A stretch of DNA of 62,342 bases from Desulfuromonadaceae bacterium (GCA_012512925.1 JAAZDE010000131.1:1-62342), one strand, 5' to 3'. Shown: positions 51,728 to 61,635, numbered from the stretch's first letter. Notes: generated by a model not told the origin, from the letters alone. Made by a program: numbers and translations.

Positions 51728-52072
51728 ATGAAAGAAAGGATCACCATCGAAATCGAAAGATTTACCGGCATCGAGGAAATGACCCCGGAGGTGGTTTATC
51801 TCCCCTTCCAAACCGCCTATCAGCATCCCTACCGGAAATTTCACGAAAATGCCTGGTCCGCGGTCGTCGACGGTGAGATCGTTCTGGTGGATGACAATCT
51901 TGAATCCCTCTGGGAAAACCTCAGAGAGGTGGTTGTGGATCAGTTATCGCCCGCAAACTCGGGAAACGGCAACGGCTGGCTGGACTCCGAAGACTATCCG
52001 GAAAATGGGGATTCCCTCGACGACGGATCTGAGGCAGATGAAGAGAATCACCCTTCCGGGGAAGGGGAGTGA
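51728..52072 (+). CDS. Hypothetical protein with an acidic C-terminal tail
   Basis: ATG at 51728 (MKERITIEIERFTG...). The tail is Asp/Glu/Gly/Ser-rich. I recognise no family. Confidence 0.5.
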   Translation: MKERITIEIERFTGIEEMTPEVVYLPFQTAYQHPYRKFHENAWSAVVDGEIVLVDDNLESLWENLREVVVDQLSPANSGNGNGWLDSEDYPENGDSLDDGSEADEENHPSGEGE

Positions 52073-52225
52073 ATTGGGGAAAGCGAGAAGCGGTTTTCTT
52101 TTAATCTTCGCGAAATTGCCCATAAACACTGAAGAGAAAAGCCCCGCCGCGGCGAAAAATCCGGCGGCGGATGGTACAATTCGAGTCGGAAGGAATTGAA
52201 ACTTCTACCATAAAGGAGGATGAAG

Positions 52226-52414
52226 ATGCCCTATATCGCCATTGAAGGCCCTTGCATCAATGACATCGACAAGAAGCGGGAACTGGTCAGGGACATGACC
52301 AAGGCGGCGGCGAAATGCTACGGTTTGCCGGAGGAAACCATTATCGTTATCATCCACGAGACTCAGCCGGAAAATGTCGGCGTCGGCGGCACATTGATCA
52401 AGGACCGCCGCTGA
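52226..52414 (+). CDS. 4-oxalocrotonate tautomerase family protein
   Basis: It starts MPYIAIEG (Pro-1 after Met removal) and is about 62 aa long. An AGGAGGA RBS lies upstream. Confidence 0.75.
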   Translation: MPYIAIEGPCINDIDKKRELVRDMTKAAAKCYGLPEETIIVIIHETQPENVGVGGTLIKDRR

Positions 52415-52428
52415 GATCGGCCTGTTGA

Positions 52429-53571
52429 CTAGACCTCCAGGAGCATCCGTTCCGGCTCTTCGATCAGTTCCTTGATCCGTTTCAGAAAACCAACCGCGCC
52501 GCGGCCGTCGATGATCCGGTGGTCGTAACTCAGGGCCACGTACATCATCGGGCGGATGACGATCTCCCCGTTCCGCGCCACGGGGCGCTGCTGGACGGCG
52601 TGCAGGCCGAGGATGGCGCTCTGCGGGAAATTGAGCAACGGCGTACTCAGCAGTGAGCCGAAGACCCCGCCGTTGGTGATGGTAAAGGTGCCTCCTTCCA
52701 GATCGGCCAGTTCCAGACGGTTGTCGGTGATCTTCTCCACGAAGGTGGCGATGCCTTTTTCCACCTCCCAGAGGTGGAGCCTTTCCGCGTTTCTCAGGAC
52801 CGGCACCACCAGCCCCTTTTCGGCGCCGACCGCCACGCCGACATTCATGTGATCATGGTAGACGATATCGTCGCCGTCGATGAATGCGTTGACCTCCTGA
52901 AAGTCGCGCAAAGCCTCCACCGCCGCCACAACGAAGAAGGAAACCAGGCCAAGCCGCACCCCGTGGCGCTCCTTGAACCGTTCCCGGTGTCTCTCCCGCA
53001 AGGCCTGCAAGCGTTGCATGTCGATCTCGTTGAAGGTGGTCAGCATGGCCGTCTGCTGCCGGGCCGCCACCAGCCGCTCGGCAATCCGCTTGCGGATCGG
53101 CGACAGCGGCCGGCGCCGGATTCCCGACTCGTCGCTCTTTAAGGACATGGGATCGCTGTCAGCAGGCCTTTGCTCCTTCTTTTCAGCTGCAGCGGCAGGT
53201 TTTACAGCCTCATAGCTGGCCGGCTCTTCGGAGCGGACCAGGGCCGGCGTCTCCGCTGCCCCGGAGGCCATGGACTCCGGTTGCGCCGCCCGCTCCTCCC
53301 CATCCAGAACTTCCGGAATTATTTCAGAATTCTCCCCATCCTGAGCCTCCCTGATGTCCGCGATCACGGTGCCGATTGCCGCTGTTTCCCCTTCCGCTAC
53401 CCTTATATGCAATGTCCCCGCGACTTCGGCGTTCAGTTCCAGGGTGATTTTGTCGGTCTCCAGTTCACAGAGGAGATCGCCTTTGGCGATTGCGTCCCCC
53501 TCCCCTTTGCGCCATTTAGCAATAGTCACCTCAAGAATCGCTTCGCCGACTTGCGGAACTTTGATGTCCAT
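52429..53571 (-). CDS. 2-oxoacid dehydrogenase E2 component (dihydrolipoyllysine-residue acyltransferase, SucB-like)
   Basis: ATG at 53569-53571 follows GGGAGAGG. The lipoyl domain carries [10 protein letters not shown]. An Ala/Pro linker precedes the catalytic domain ending [14 protein letters not shown]. Confidence 0.9.
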   Translation of the reverse strand: MDIKVPQVGEAILEVTIAKWRKGEGDAIAKGDLLCELETDKITLELNAEVAGTLHIRVAEGETAAIGTVIADIREAQDGENSEIIPEVLDGEERAAQPESMASGAAETPALVRSEEPASYEAVKPAAAAEKKEQRPADSDPMSLKSDESGIRRRPLSPIRKRIAERLVAARQQTAMLTTFNEIDMQRLQALRERHRERFKERHGVRLGLVSFFVVAAVEALRDFQEVNAFIDGDDIVYHDHMNVGVAVGAEKGLVVPVLRNAERLHLWEVEKGIATFVEKITDNRLELADLEGGTFTITNGGVFGSLLSTPLLNFPQSAILGLHAVQQRPVARNGEIVIRPMMYVALSYDHRIIDGRGAVGFLKRIKELIEEPERMLLEV

Positions 53572-53884
53572 AGAGACCTCTCCCTTGCTGGCATGTTTGC
53601 GAACCAATCCAAGTATAGCCATCAGGAATCGGGCCGTCAAAAAAACGGTGCAAAGTGATCTTGCCTTCACGTCCACCGTACCGCAGCAGCAAGTGTTTGA
53701 TTGCTTTGGCTGCCGGTGAACCATCTGATTGTCAAATCTTGTGCCGGGTCGTTTATCATGGTGGATTCCGGCTTTACCTGGCGGAGATGGAAATGTCGGG
53801 TGTCGGCAGAATTGTTACCGACCGGATTGGGATTGGCAATTGGTTTGTGACCGCAAACTGCCCGCTCCGGCAGTTGAAACAGAC

Positions 53885-53926
53885 GAACCCGCCGAAGTTT
53901 CTGCCCCTCGGCGGGTTCGCTTTTCT
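53885..53926 (-). terminator. GC-rich hairpin downstream of purT (possible bidirectional terminator)
   Basis: GAACCCGCCGA (53885-53895) pairs with TCGGCGGGTTC (53909-53919). T-rich tracts lie on both sides. The plus-strand tract GCTTTTCTC is stronger than the minus-strand tract TCTGTTTC. Confidence 0.5.
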
Positions 53927-53971
53927 CGGCCAGGCCGGTTGTCGTGACAGCAAACAAAACGTCTCAGCGGA

Positions 53972-55153
53972 TCACAACTCCACCTGAATGCATTCCATCG
54001 CCCGGCGTGCCTTGTCACGGGCCTTCTCCACCGTTTCACCCATGGCCAGCAGCACTCCCATTCTCCTCTTGCCGCGCACCTCCGGTTTTCCGAAGAGACG
54101 AATCTGCGTATCGTCCTGAGCCAACGCCTCGCCGACATTGCCGAAACGGACCTGGTTCGAGGTCCCCTCGACCACCAGGGCACAGGAGGCCGCCGGACCG
54201 AACTGGCGAAGGGAGGGGATTGGCAGTCCCAGCACGGCGCGGGCATGCAGAGCGAACTCGGAAAGATCCTGGGAGATCATGGTCACCATGCCGGTATCGT
54301 GCGGTCTGGGGGAGACCTCGCTGAAAAAAACCTCCTCCCCCTTGACGAAAAGTTCGACGCCGAAAATCCCCCTGCCGCCCAGGTTGTCGGTGATCGCCCG
54401 ACCGATGCGCTGGGCTTCGGCCAGGGCCGCCGAAGTCATCGCCTGAGGCTGCCACGATTCCCGGTAATCCCCGTCGATCTGTAGGTGACCGATGGGGTCG
54501 CAGAAGGCAGTGCCCTTGGCGTGACGCACCGTCAACAAAGTAATTTCGTAATCAAAGGGTATGAACTTCTCGACGATCACCCGCCCCGCGGCGGTCCGTC
54601 CCCCCTCCTGGGAATAGGCCCAGGCCTTGTCGATATCCTTTTCCGAGCGGATCACCGATTGCCCTTTCCCCGAGGAACTCATGACCGGCTTGACCACGCA
54701 GGGAATGCCGATCTTGGCCACCGCCAACTGAAATTCCTCCTTGGTATCCGCGAACAGATAGGGAGAGGTCTTGATTCCCAGTTCCTCCGCCGCCAGCCTG
54801 CGGATGCCTTCCCGATCCATGGTCAGACGGGTAGCACGGGCAGTGGGAATGACGGTGTAACCCTCCCTTTCCAATTCCACCAGCGTGCCGGTGGCAATGG
54901 CTTCGATTTCCGGGATGATCAGATGGGGTTTTTCCTTTTCGATAACCTCCCGCAACGCCTTGCCATCGAGCATGGAAAGGGTGTAGGAGCGGTGGGCCAC
55001 CTGCATCGCCGGCGCGTTCGCGTAACGATCCACGGCGATAACCTCGACGCCCAGTCTCTGCAACTCGATGACGACTTCCTTGCCCAGCTCTCCCGAGCCG
55101 CACATCAAAACCCTGGTCGCCGTTGGGGATAAGGGGGTACCGATCTTGGTCAT
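53972..55153 (-). CDS. purT: Formate-dependent phosphoribosylglycinamide formyltransferase
   Basis: The ATP-grasp protein begins [27 protein letters not shown]. It resembles PurT over its full length. An AAGGAG RBS lies upstream. Confidence 0.95.
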   Translation of the reverse strand: MTKIGTPLSPTATRVLMCGSGELGKEVVIELQRLGVEVIAVDRYANAPAMQVAHRSYTLSMLDGKALREVIEKEKPHLIIPEIEAIATGTLVELEREGYTVIPTARATRLTMDREGIRRLAAEELGIKTSPYLFADTKEEFQLAVAKIGIPCVVKPVMSSSGKGQSVIRSEKDIDKAWAYSQEGGRTAAGRVIVEKFIPFDYEITLLTVRHAKGTAFCDPIGHLQIDGDYRESWQPQAMTSAALAEAQRIGRAITDNLGGRGIFGVELFVKGEEVFFSEVSPRPHDTGMVTMISQDLSEFALHARAVLGLPIPSLRQFGPAASCALVVEGTSNQVRFGNVGEALAQDDTQIRLFGKPEVRGKRRMGVLLAMGETVEKARDKARRAMECIQVEL

Positions 55154-55350
55154 GACATCTCCTTAAAATTCGCGCTATATTTAAGAATGGGTGGATGCTT
55201 TCCGGATAGAGCAAGATTAGCCTGACTGCCGAATGGATTCAAGAAATAGCTTCCCATCGCCGGATTAGAAATTATTTGCGAATTGGCGCTAAACTTGCTA
55301 CAAAATTAAACATTTGCTGCAGCCTTTTTTCGAATCCCTGGAGGATAGTC

Positions 55351-55659
55351 ATGCAATTAAAAAAAAATATCATCATTGCCGCGGCGGCCCTATTCCTTAT
55401 GATGAGTTCCAGTAGCGCTTTCGCCTGGGAAAAAAATGCCGTCTTTGGGGACCCCGGCACCGACATGGTGGTCGATTTGGCCGTAGCCCGGCCCGTGGGA
55501 ATTGCAGCCACCGCCGTCGGCTGCGTCTTCTGGGTAGCTTCCTTGCCCTTTACCGTCTGGTCAAAGGAGCGCCTCAACAAAGCGGGGAAAAATCTGGTGG
55601 TGACCCCAGGGAAATACGCCTTCGTGAGACCCCTGGGGGATTTTCAGAGCGTTGAGTAA
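55351..55659 (+). CDS. Small secreted/membrane hypothetical protein (102 aa)
   Basis: ATG at 55351 follows GGAGGA. The signal peptide is [25 protein letters not shown]. One further hydrophobic segment is present. Confidence 0.65.
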   Translation: MQLKKNIIIAAAALFLMMSSSSAFAWEKNAVFGDPGTDMVVDLAVARPVGIAATAVGCVFWVASLPFTVWSKERLNKAGKNLVVTPGKYAFVRPLGDFQSVE

Positions 55660-55711
55660 ACCAGACATCCTTCTGAAGCGAATCCAGCTGGAGTTCAAAA
55701 AAAATCGGCAG

Positions 55712-55754
55712 GTGGATTTCCGTGGAATCAAAACCGGGGAAATCCACTTTTTTT
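55712..55754 (+). terminator. Rho-independent terminator
   Basis: GTGGATTTCC (55712-55721) pairs with GGAAATCCAC (55738-55747) and is followed by TTTTTTT. Confidence 0.8.
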
Positions 55755-55910
55755 ATCGAAATCAAAATCGCTGGGATTAAGTTTACCCAAATGGGTATCG
55801 GATATAATCAACGGCCCAAGTTCAAAAGGATTAAAGTTGGCGGCTCATAACCATCACACTGGTGGTGGAGGCGAATATTTGAGTTAAGCGACCATACTAG
55901 GAAGGAAGAT

Positions 55911-56387
55911 ATGAAATTTCTTCAAGACCGCTTTCCAGGGGTGCGTTTTTACAATGAAAAATTGACCGAAGTGCAGGATGACGTAGTTATTGGTGAAGGG
56001 TCAAGGGTGGGCTCATTTACTCTTATCCATCAGGGGGCAGTCATCGGTGCTTCGACTACGATTGGTTCACACTGCAATATTTGCAACTGCAAAATTGGCC
56101 ATCGTGTTTCGATTCAAACTGCCTGCCACATAACACGCGGGGTAGTGATTGAAGACGACGTTTTCATAGGACCTCGAGTAGTAACCCTTAATGATAAACT
56201 TAAAGGGGATGCCTTGAGCTATCCGCATATCTGCACGGGGGCAAAAATTGGCGGGGGAAGTGTTATATTGCCGGGGGTGACCATTGGGAAAAAGGCCGTG
56301 GTAGGAGCTGGGAGTGTAGTCACCCGGGATGTCCCACCGGGAGTTACCGTTATCGGCAATCCCGCACGCTCGATTGATAAAAAGTGA
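55911..56387 (+). CDS. Hexapeptide-repeat (left-handed beta-helix) acyltransferase
   Basis: Repeated [LIV]-G-x4 units (IGEGSRVG, IGASTTIG, IGGGSVIL, VGAGSVVT) and the C-terminal GNPAR. Confidence 0.85.
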   Translation: MKFLQDRFPGVRFYNEKLTEVQDDVVIGEGSRVGSFTLIHQGAVIGASTTIGSHCNICNCKIGHRVSIQTACHITRGVVIEDDVFIGPRVVTLNDKLKGDALSYPHICTGAKIGGGSVILPGVTIGKKAVVGAGSVVTRDVPPGVTVIGNPARSIDKK

Positions 56388-56390
56388 CCC

Positions 56391-57230
56391 ATGAAGAGAT
56401 TGATTATTAATCTGGCACCGACCGGAATAGTGCCTACCAAGGCGATGAATCCCCATGTCCCGATTTCCATTCCCGAAATTGTAGATGATGTGAGATGTTG
56501 TGTCGCCCTGGGTGTGTCGATAATTCATCTGCATGCCAGAGACGAATACGGAAAGCCCTCATATAACAAAGAAATATACGCGCGTCTGATAGGGTCTATT
56601 CGAGAATCCTGCCCAGAAGTAATCATATGCGTGTCCCTCAGCGGGCGTAATTTTGGCGATTTCGAGAAACGGTCTGATCCACTGTTGCTTTCGGGTGATC
56701 TAAAACCAGAAATGGCAAGCCTCACCCTTTCTTCCATGAATTTCAACCGAACGGCAAGCATGAACAGTCCAGAGATGATCATGAGATTGGTTGAACGCAT
56801 GGCCGAAGCTGATATCAAACCCGAACTGGAAATATTTGATTCAGGGATGTTGAATTACGCTTGCTTTCTTGCGGACCGAGGCCTTATTAAGCCACCTTTT
56901 TATTTTAATTTTATTTTGGGAAACATAGCGAATGCCCAAGCCAAACCATCGCAACTAGGATTATTAATTGCCGAATTGCCGGAAAATTCCTACTGGAGCG
57001 GCGGGGCTGTCGGTCCTGAACAATTAGCGATGAATGCCATGGGCATCCTTTATGGCCATGGTGTGCGTGTCGGACTGGAGGATTATCTTTGGCTTGACAA
57101 GACAAGAAAGCAGCCCGCAACTAACCGCAGGATGGTGGAAAGAATTATTGAATTGGCAAAATTACTAGGGAGGGAAGCGGCAACGCCGGAAGAGGTACGT
57201 AAAGCTCTGAGGTTGCCCTCTTATGGATAA
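56391..57230 (+). CDS. BKACE family enzyme (3-keto-5-aminohexanoate cleavage enzyme-like, DUF849)
   Basis: N-terminal INLAPTG, HLHARD and the C-terminal VRVGLED motifs are typical of DUF849/Kce. The start lies 3 nt after the upstream stop. Confidence 0.85.
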   Translation: MKRLIINLAPTGIVPTKAMNPHVPISIPEIVDDVRCCVALGVSIIHLHARDEYGKPSYNKEIYARLIGSIRESCPEVIICVSLSGRNFGDFEKRSDPLLLSGDLKPEMASLTLSSMNFNRTASMNSPEMIMRLVERMAEADIKPELEIFDSGMLNYACFLADRGLIKPPFYFNFILGNIANAQAKPSQLGLLIAELPENSYWSGGAVGPEQLAMNAMGILYGHGVRVGLEDYLWLDKTRKQPATNRRMVERIIELAKLLGREAATPEEVRKALRLPSYG

Positions 57231-58434
57231 TACTGCTGGATTAGAAGTCTTGATAACCAACAACACGCTTGCTGGCAGATCAGGCACCGAACTTTATGTT
57301 CGCGACCTGGCTGTCGAATTAATGAAAAGAGGACACCATCCAATTGCTTTCAGTACTATTCTCGGGGATGTCGCCGAGGATTTGCGACTTGCTACTGTTC
57401 CGGTAATAGATGACCTGAATGTACTGAGCCACCCTCCCGATGTTATACATGGCCATCATCATCTGGACACGATGACCGCCGCACTGCATTTCCCACAAAC
57501 ACCTGTGGTTTATACATGTCATGGCTGGCTGCCCTGGGAAGAATCGCCTCCGATTTTTCCTTCAATCCTATATTATGTTGCCGTCGATGATTTGTGCTTG
57601 GAACGAACTCGAACCATCGGAGCCATTCCCGACAAAAATATGGATGTTATCTATAATTTTGTCGACCTCGCACGTTTCAAATTACGTCCGGAATTACCTT
57701 CAACACCAAAATCGGCTCTGGTTTTCAGCAATAATATCCGCGGCCAACTGCTGGATGCCATTCAATGCGGATGCAATAAATTCGGGATAAAGAAGGTTGA
57801 CGTGGCCGGGAGAAGTGCAGGCAATGTACTTAGTAAACCTGAAGAGACGCTAGGTAATTATGATATTGTATTTGCGAAAGCCAGGTGTGCTCTCGAGGCG
57901 ATGGCTTCCGGATGTGCCGTCGTTGTGGCTGATTCTGCTGGCCTGGGAGGACTGGTAACAACAGGGAATGTGGAAAAATTGCGCCGATTAAATTTCGGGA
58001 TCCGCACACTTCAGAATGCTTTCATAACCGAAAAAAACGTGTTAAGGGAACTTGCAGAATACAAGGCGGATGATGCCAGACAAGTAAGTTTATATATACG
58101 CGAAAACTCATCAATATTAGAATCAGTTGACAAATGGTTGGCCATATATTTCAAAATTCTTACTGAATGGAGAAAAAAAAATAGAGACCATACGTTTTCA
58201 GCAAACCAAATGAGTGCGGCCTCTGCTTATTTGAGAAAATTGGCTCCTATCATTAAGACAAGACATGAAGCTGCAACTCGCGCATTGCGATTGGAACGTG
58301 AATTACAGACGAAACGTGAGACCGAAATTCGCGCACTACGATTCGAACAGGAATTACTGCAAATTAAAGGATCTCGTTCCTGGCAACTGATAATGCAATA
58401 TCGCAAGTTGAAATCGTGGCTAAAAAAAATATGA
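57223..58434 (+). CDS. GT-B glycosyltransferase (GT4-like) with a C-terminal coiled-coil tail
   Basis: The gene overlaps BKACE by 8 nt. The N-terminus GRSGTELYVRDLA is followed by a C-terminal repeat RALRLERELQ / RALRFEQELLQ and then KGSRSWQL. Confidence 0.8.
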   Translation: MDNTAGLEVLITNNTLAGRSGTELYVRDLAVELMKRGHHPIAFSTILGDVAEDLRLATVPVIDDLNVLSHPPDVIHGHHHLDTMTAALHFPQTPVVYTCHGWLPWEESPPIFPSILYYVAVDDLCLERTRTIGAIPDKNMDVIYNFVDLARFKLRPELPSTPKSALVFSNNIRGQLLDAIQCGCNKFGIKKVDVAGRSAGNVLSKPEETLGNYDIVFAKARCALEAMASGCAVVVADSAGLGGLVTTGNVEKLRRLNFGIRTLQNAFITEKNVLRELAEYKADDARQVSLYIRENSSILESVDKWLAIYFKILTEWRKKNRDHTFSANQMSAASAYLRKLAPIIKTRHEAATRALRLERELQTKRETEIRALRFEQELLQIKGSRSWQLIMQYRKLKSWLKKI

Positions 58435-58613
58435 TTCTTGCGGATATGAACTCAGATAAAGCTTGTTGACGGCTATGGATCGTAATGCGATTAACCTCTA
58501 ATCGCAGCACCTTGTTAGGGAATAACATTTTATCATCACATCAAAGCGATTCTCAAAACCCGGCAGATTTTTTCTAAACAAGGCAAACGTTATTCACCTC
58601 TTCAACTTATTGT

Positions 58614-59231
58614 CTATCTTCCTTTCATGAATATTAAACGAAGTCCCAATACGATAAATACACTTCCGCTTAAGCAACGAATTTTCCCCTCCAGCCGTCC
58701 CTTTCTGGATAGCCAGGAACCAATCCTTCCTGAAAAATATCCGACAAAGACAAGAAAAATAATACAAAACAAGGCATAAGTAAGCCCCAGGCATAACATC
58801 TGGACACTTTCGTGGCCTTTGTCCGGAATTACAAATTGCGGAAGAAAAGCCAGAAAAAACAGGGCTATCTTGGGATTCAACAAATTAGTCAAAACGCCCT
58901 GAAAAAAAACCTTCCCCGTTCCGTCCAGGGTCTTTTTTTTGTTAAAGGAAATATCTGACTTTTGTTTGATGGTTTTTATTCCGAGGTATATCAGGTAGAG
59001 GGCGCCAGCGATTTTAACTGCAAGGAACGCCAAAGAAGATGTTCTTAAAATGATTGCCAGACCGAATGCGGCAAAAAGGGTATGGACCAGAATCCCCAGA
59101 GTAACCCCAACCGCGGATATCATTCCCGCTTTCCGACCTTGGGAAACACCTCTGGTGATGACGTAAATCATGTCTGGACCCGGTGTGAGAATAAGCACCC
59201 AGGAGGCCGTTAAAAAGAGAGCAAGGTTCAT
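58614..59231 (-). CDS. LysE/RhtB family amino-acid exporter
   Basis: The N-terminus carries LTPGPDM. The protein is about 205 aa with six hydrophobic segments. ATGA overlap with the upstream EamA gene. Confidence 0.9.
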   Translation of the reverse strand: MNLALFLTASWVLILTPGPDMIYVITRGVSQGRKAGMISAVGVTLGILVHTLFAAFGLAIILRTSSLAFLAVKIAGALYLIYLGIKTIKQKSDISFNKKKTLDGTGKVFFQGVLTNLLNPKIALFFLAFLPQFVIPDKGHESVQMLCLGLTYALFCIIFLVFVGYFSGRIGSWLSRKGRLEGKIRCLSGSVFIVLGLRLIFMKGR

Positions 59232-60139
59232 GGCCTTTTGTAGTATGGCACTTGTTTGGGTAACCGCCGCCGGATCACCAGAACCGCCAGTCCGGAAAAA
59301 ATCAGAATAATTCCGCTTGCCGCCTGCAGGTTGAGGTTTTCTCCAAGAGCAAAAATCCCGAGGAGTGCCGCCGTCATCGGCTCAGCCAAGGTGAGGGTGA
59401 CGGCACTGCCGACGGCCACGGTTTGCAGTCCGCGGGCGAACAGCCAGTAGGACAGGGCCATGGTAGCAAGTCCCAGATGGAGGACAACAGCTACCGAACG
59501 GGGTTGCGCCAGCCAGCCCGGTTCGATTTTAAACAGGGCCGGCGACAGCATCAGTGCGCCGAGGCAGACAACGATGGCCATGACAGCGTTGGGACTGTGA
59601 TAGTCCAGCAATCCTTTAATCATCAGAGTATAAGCGGCGTAAGCAGCGCCGGCTCCGATGGCCAGGGCGATACCAAGAGGATCAACTGCAACGTAGCCAT
59701 CACTGAAGCCAAGCAGGGTGCAGCCGCAGATGGCTAAAAACGTCGCGGCCAACCAGCGTTTACCAGGCCTTTCACCACGAAACATAAGACCGAGCAACCC
59801 CCCGGCGATGGGGGCGCTGCCAATCCCGACAACGGTTCCGACAGCGACACCGGTTTTGGCAACGGCGCTGAAAAAGCAGAGCTGATAGGTGGCGGTAAAA
59901 GCCGCTGCCAGAAACAGAGAGCGAATTTTCCAGTTACGCAGGTTGCCAAGCTCTTTGCGGTAAAGGGCGAGAAGAAGCAGAGCGACGCCACCGACCGACA
60001 GGCGCAGGGCACCGATGGCGGCCGAGTCGTACCCCGCCGGGGCGAAGGCCTGGGCGGTGCCGGTAGTACCCCAAAGCATCGCCGCTCCAAGAACCAGCCA
60101 AGCTCCCATCTTGTGGTTCTGTATGGGTATGTTGTCCAT
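59228..60139 (-). CDS. DMT superfamily (EamA-like) transporter
   Basis: About ten hydrophobic segments are present, with the N-terminus LWGTTGTA. I prefer the ATG at 60137-60139. The track start is 60169. Confidence 0.85.
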   Translation of the reverse strand: MDNIPIQNHKMGAWLVLGAAMLWGTTGTAQAFAPAGYDSAAIGALRLSVGGVALLLLALYRKELGNLRNWKIRSLFLAAAFTATYQLCFFSAVAKTGVAVGTVVGIGSAPIAGGLLGLMFRGERPGKRWLAATFLAICGCTLLGFSDGYVAVDPLGIALAIGAGAAYAAYTLMIKGLLDYHSPNAVMAIVVCLGALMLSPALFKIEPGWLAQPRSVAVVLHLGLATMALSYWLFARGLQTVAVGSAVTLTLAEPMTAALLGIFALGENLNLQAASGIILIFSGLAVLVIRRRLPKQVPYYKRP

Positions 60140-60231
60140 CTGTTCAATACCTCGGCAACACCGTGCCAAAACCGGGACATTCCATAGTCCCTTTTATTTT
60201 TGGGGTGGAAAAGAGAAAAACCAGAAGCACT

Positions 60232-61635
60232 CTAGGGGTTTTGGCTGCCCCGGAGTTGCCTCATGGCTTCGCTGCGCTGCGCCCCCGGCAGCCACGGGGC
60301 CCAGTCGAGGCTGGAAAAAAAACCGTGAAGCGAGCCGTCGAGACCGGCCAGCGGGCTTTGGTCCAGTGCTTTCAGCAGGACGGCCACCTCTTTTCGCTGG
60401 TCGACGATGTAGTGCCGTTTCTTCTCATAAAAAACCTCGAGTTCCTCCAAGGCGCGTTTTTTGCGGAACTGATCCTGGAGAATGCCGGCATCCTTCTGGC
60501 CCGCTTCGTACCAGCCGAGGAATCCCCGGGGCAGTTCGGCGATGGAGGTTATCGGGGAGTAGCCGGCGATGCCGGATTCGATGTCGGTGGGGATGGAGCC
60601 GGACCAGCTGATATAGTTTTTAATGATCGACTTGAAGACGTTGGCGGAAAGTATCCCGCGGAGATTGGCGAGTTCCTTCTGCACCTGGCCTAAGGCCTCG
60701 TTGACGATGGTGTAGGCCTCCTTCCATTTCTCCATCATGAACTGCAGTCTGATACGCCGGATCATGGCGTCGTCCGTGGGCAGCCCACGAAAACTGATCC
60801 GGGAGGCACGGTCGCCCGAACCGACGTATTGCCGGAGGTTGTCGATTTCGGCGCGGATGGTTTCGCTCTGGCGCTGGGCCAGGGGGTAGCGGCCGGCCAG
60901 AAGGTTGTCTCCCGCCTCGGTCAGGTAGCGGTCGAGCCGCTCCAGGGCCTGGCGCAGCCGGAAGGTCTCGGCCCCGGATGCGAGGATGTAGCGGGAGTTG
61001 AACCAGGCGTCCGAGGGAAGGGGAACCCAGTAATCAAGGGTTGCCGGGGCGATGTGTTTGTTCAGCGGTTGTTCCGCCCACCAGTAACGGGTTCCCTCGC
61101 CCTCGGTCGCGGCCCCGTAATTCAGGCCCAGCTGCCGGGTGAGGGTGGTGGTGACCCGGCCCTTGATCCGCCCGTCGGGCTGGAGGCGCCCTTCGATCTC
61201 CCCTCGGTAGAAGTGGCGCATGACCGCGCCGCCAGGGAAATCGGGACCGTAATCCCCCGGATCCCGGAGGTAAACCGATTCCGACTGCTGCTCCCCCTGG
61301 AGAACCCCGCCGCGGAAGGTTCCCTCCATACGGGTGGTCGTCACCCATTTAACAGTGCCTTTGGAATCGGGTTTCGGTATGAAATCAGTACGTTGCCAGG
61401 AACCGCTGACCCGCTCCCCATCGAAATGGTAGACCACGGCATCCTGCTCTTGATACTGATTGCGAACAGCCGGGAACACCTCCACCGAAAACCGTTCAGG
61501 CAGAGAACGGTCCTCGTTGTCCATGGTGAACCCGGAACCGACACCGATCACCAGCGGGACAAACAACACCATCAGCCAATAAAAACTCGGCAACATGGAA
61601 ACCCCTTTCCGACGTTTTTTTCCGGGCCGCAGCAT
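60232..61635 (-). CDS. Hypothetical membrane-anchored protein (467 aa)
   Basis: ATG start. A basic N-terminus is followed by one hydrophobic helix (FYWLMVLFVPLVIGVG). I recognise no motifs. Confidence 0.7.
   Translation of the reverse strand: MLRPGKKRRKGVSMLPSFYWLMVLFVPLVIGVGSGFTMDNEDRSLPERFSVEVFPAVRNQYQEQDAVVYHFDGERVSGSWQRTDFIPKPDSKGTVKWVTTTRMEGTFRGGVLQGEQQSESVYLRDPGDYGPDFPGGAVMRHFYRGEIEGRLQPDGRIKGRVTTTLTRQLGLNYGAATEGEGTRYWWAEQPLNKHIAPATLDYWVPLPSDAWFNSRYILASGAETFRLRQALERLDRYLTEAGDNLLAGRYPLAQRQSETIRAEIDNLRQYVGSGDRASRISFRGLPTDDAMIRRIRLQFMMEKWKEAYTIVNEALGQVQKELANLRGILSANVFKSIIKNYISWSGSIPTDIESGIAGYSPITSIAELPRGFLGWYEAGQKDAGILQDQFRKKRALEELEVFYEKKRHYIVDQRKEVAVLLKALDQSPLAGLDGSLHGFFSSLDWAPWLPGAQRSEAMRQLRGSQNP

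Noticed and set aside
52144-52170. GC-rich hairpin CCGCCGC-N13-GCGGCGG between the acidic hypothetical gene and the tautomerase gene
   Set aside because: No T-run follows on the plus strand. The T-rich tract is on the minus strand, where no upstream gene would use it without reading antisense through the tautomerase gene. A function cannot be assigned from sequence alone.
53655-53987. ORFs of 72-110 aa on both strands in the purT-E2 spacer
   Set aside because: The translations look random, with no RBS. One runs into the purT 3' end. I treated the region as non-coding (see the finding on this region).
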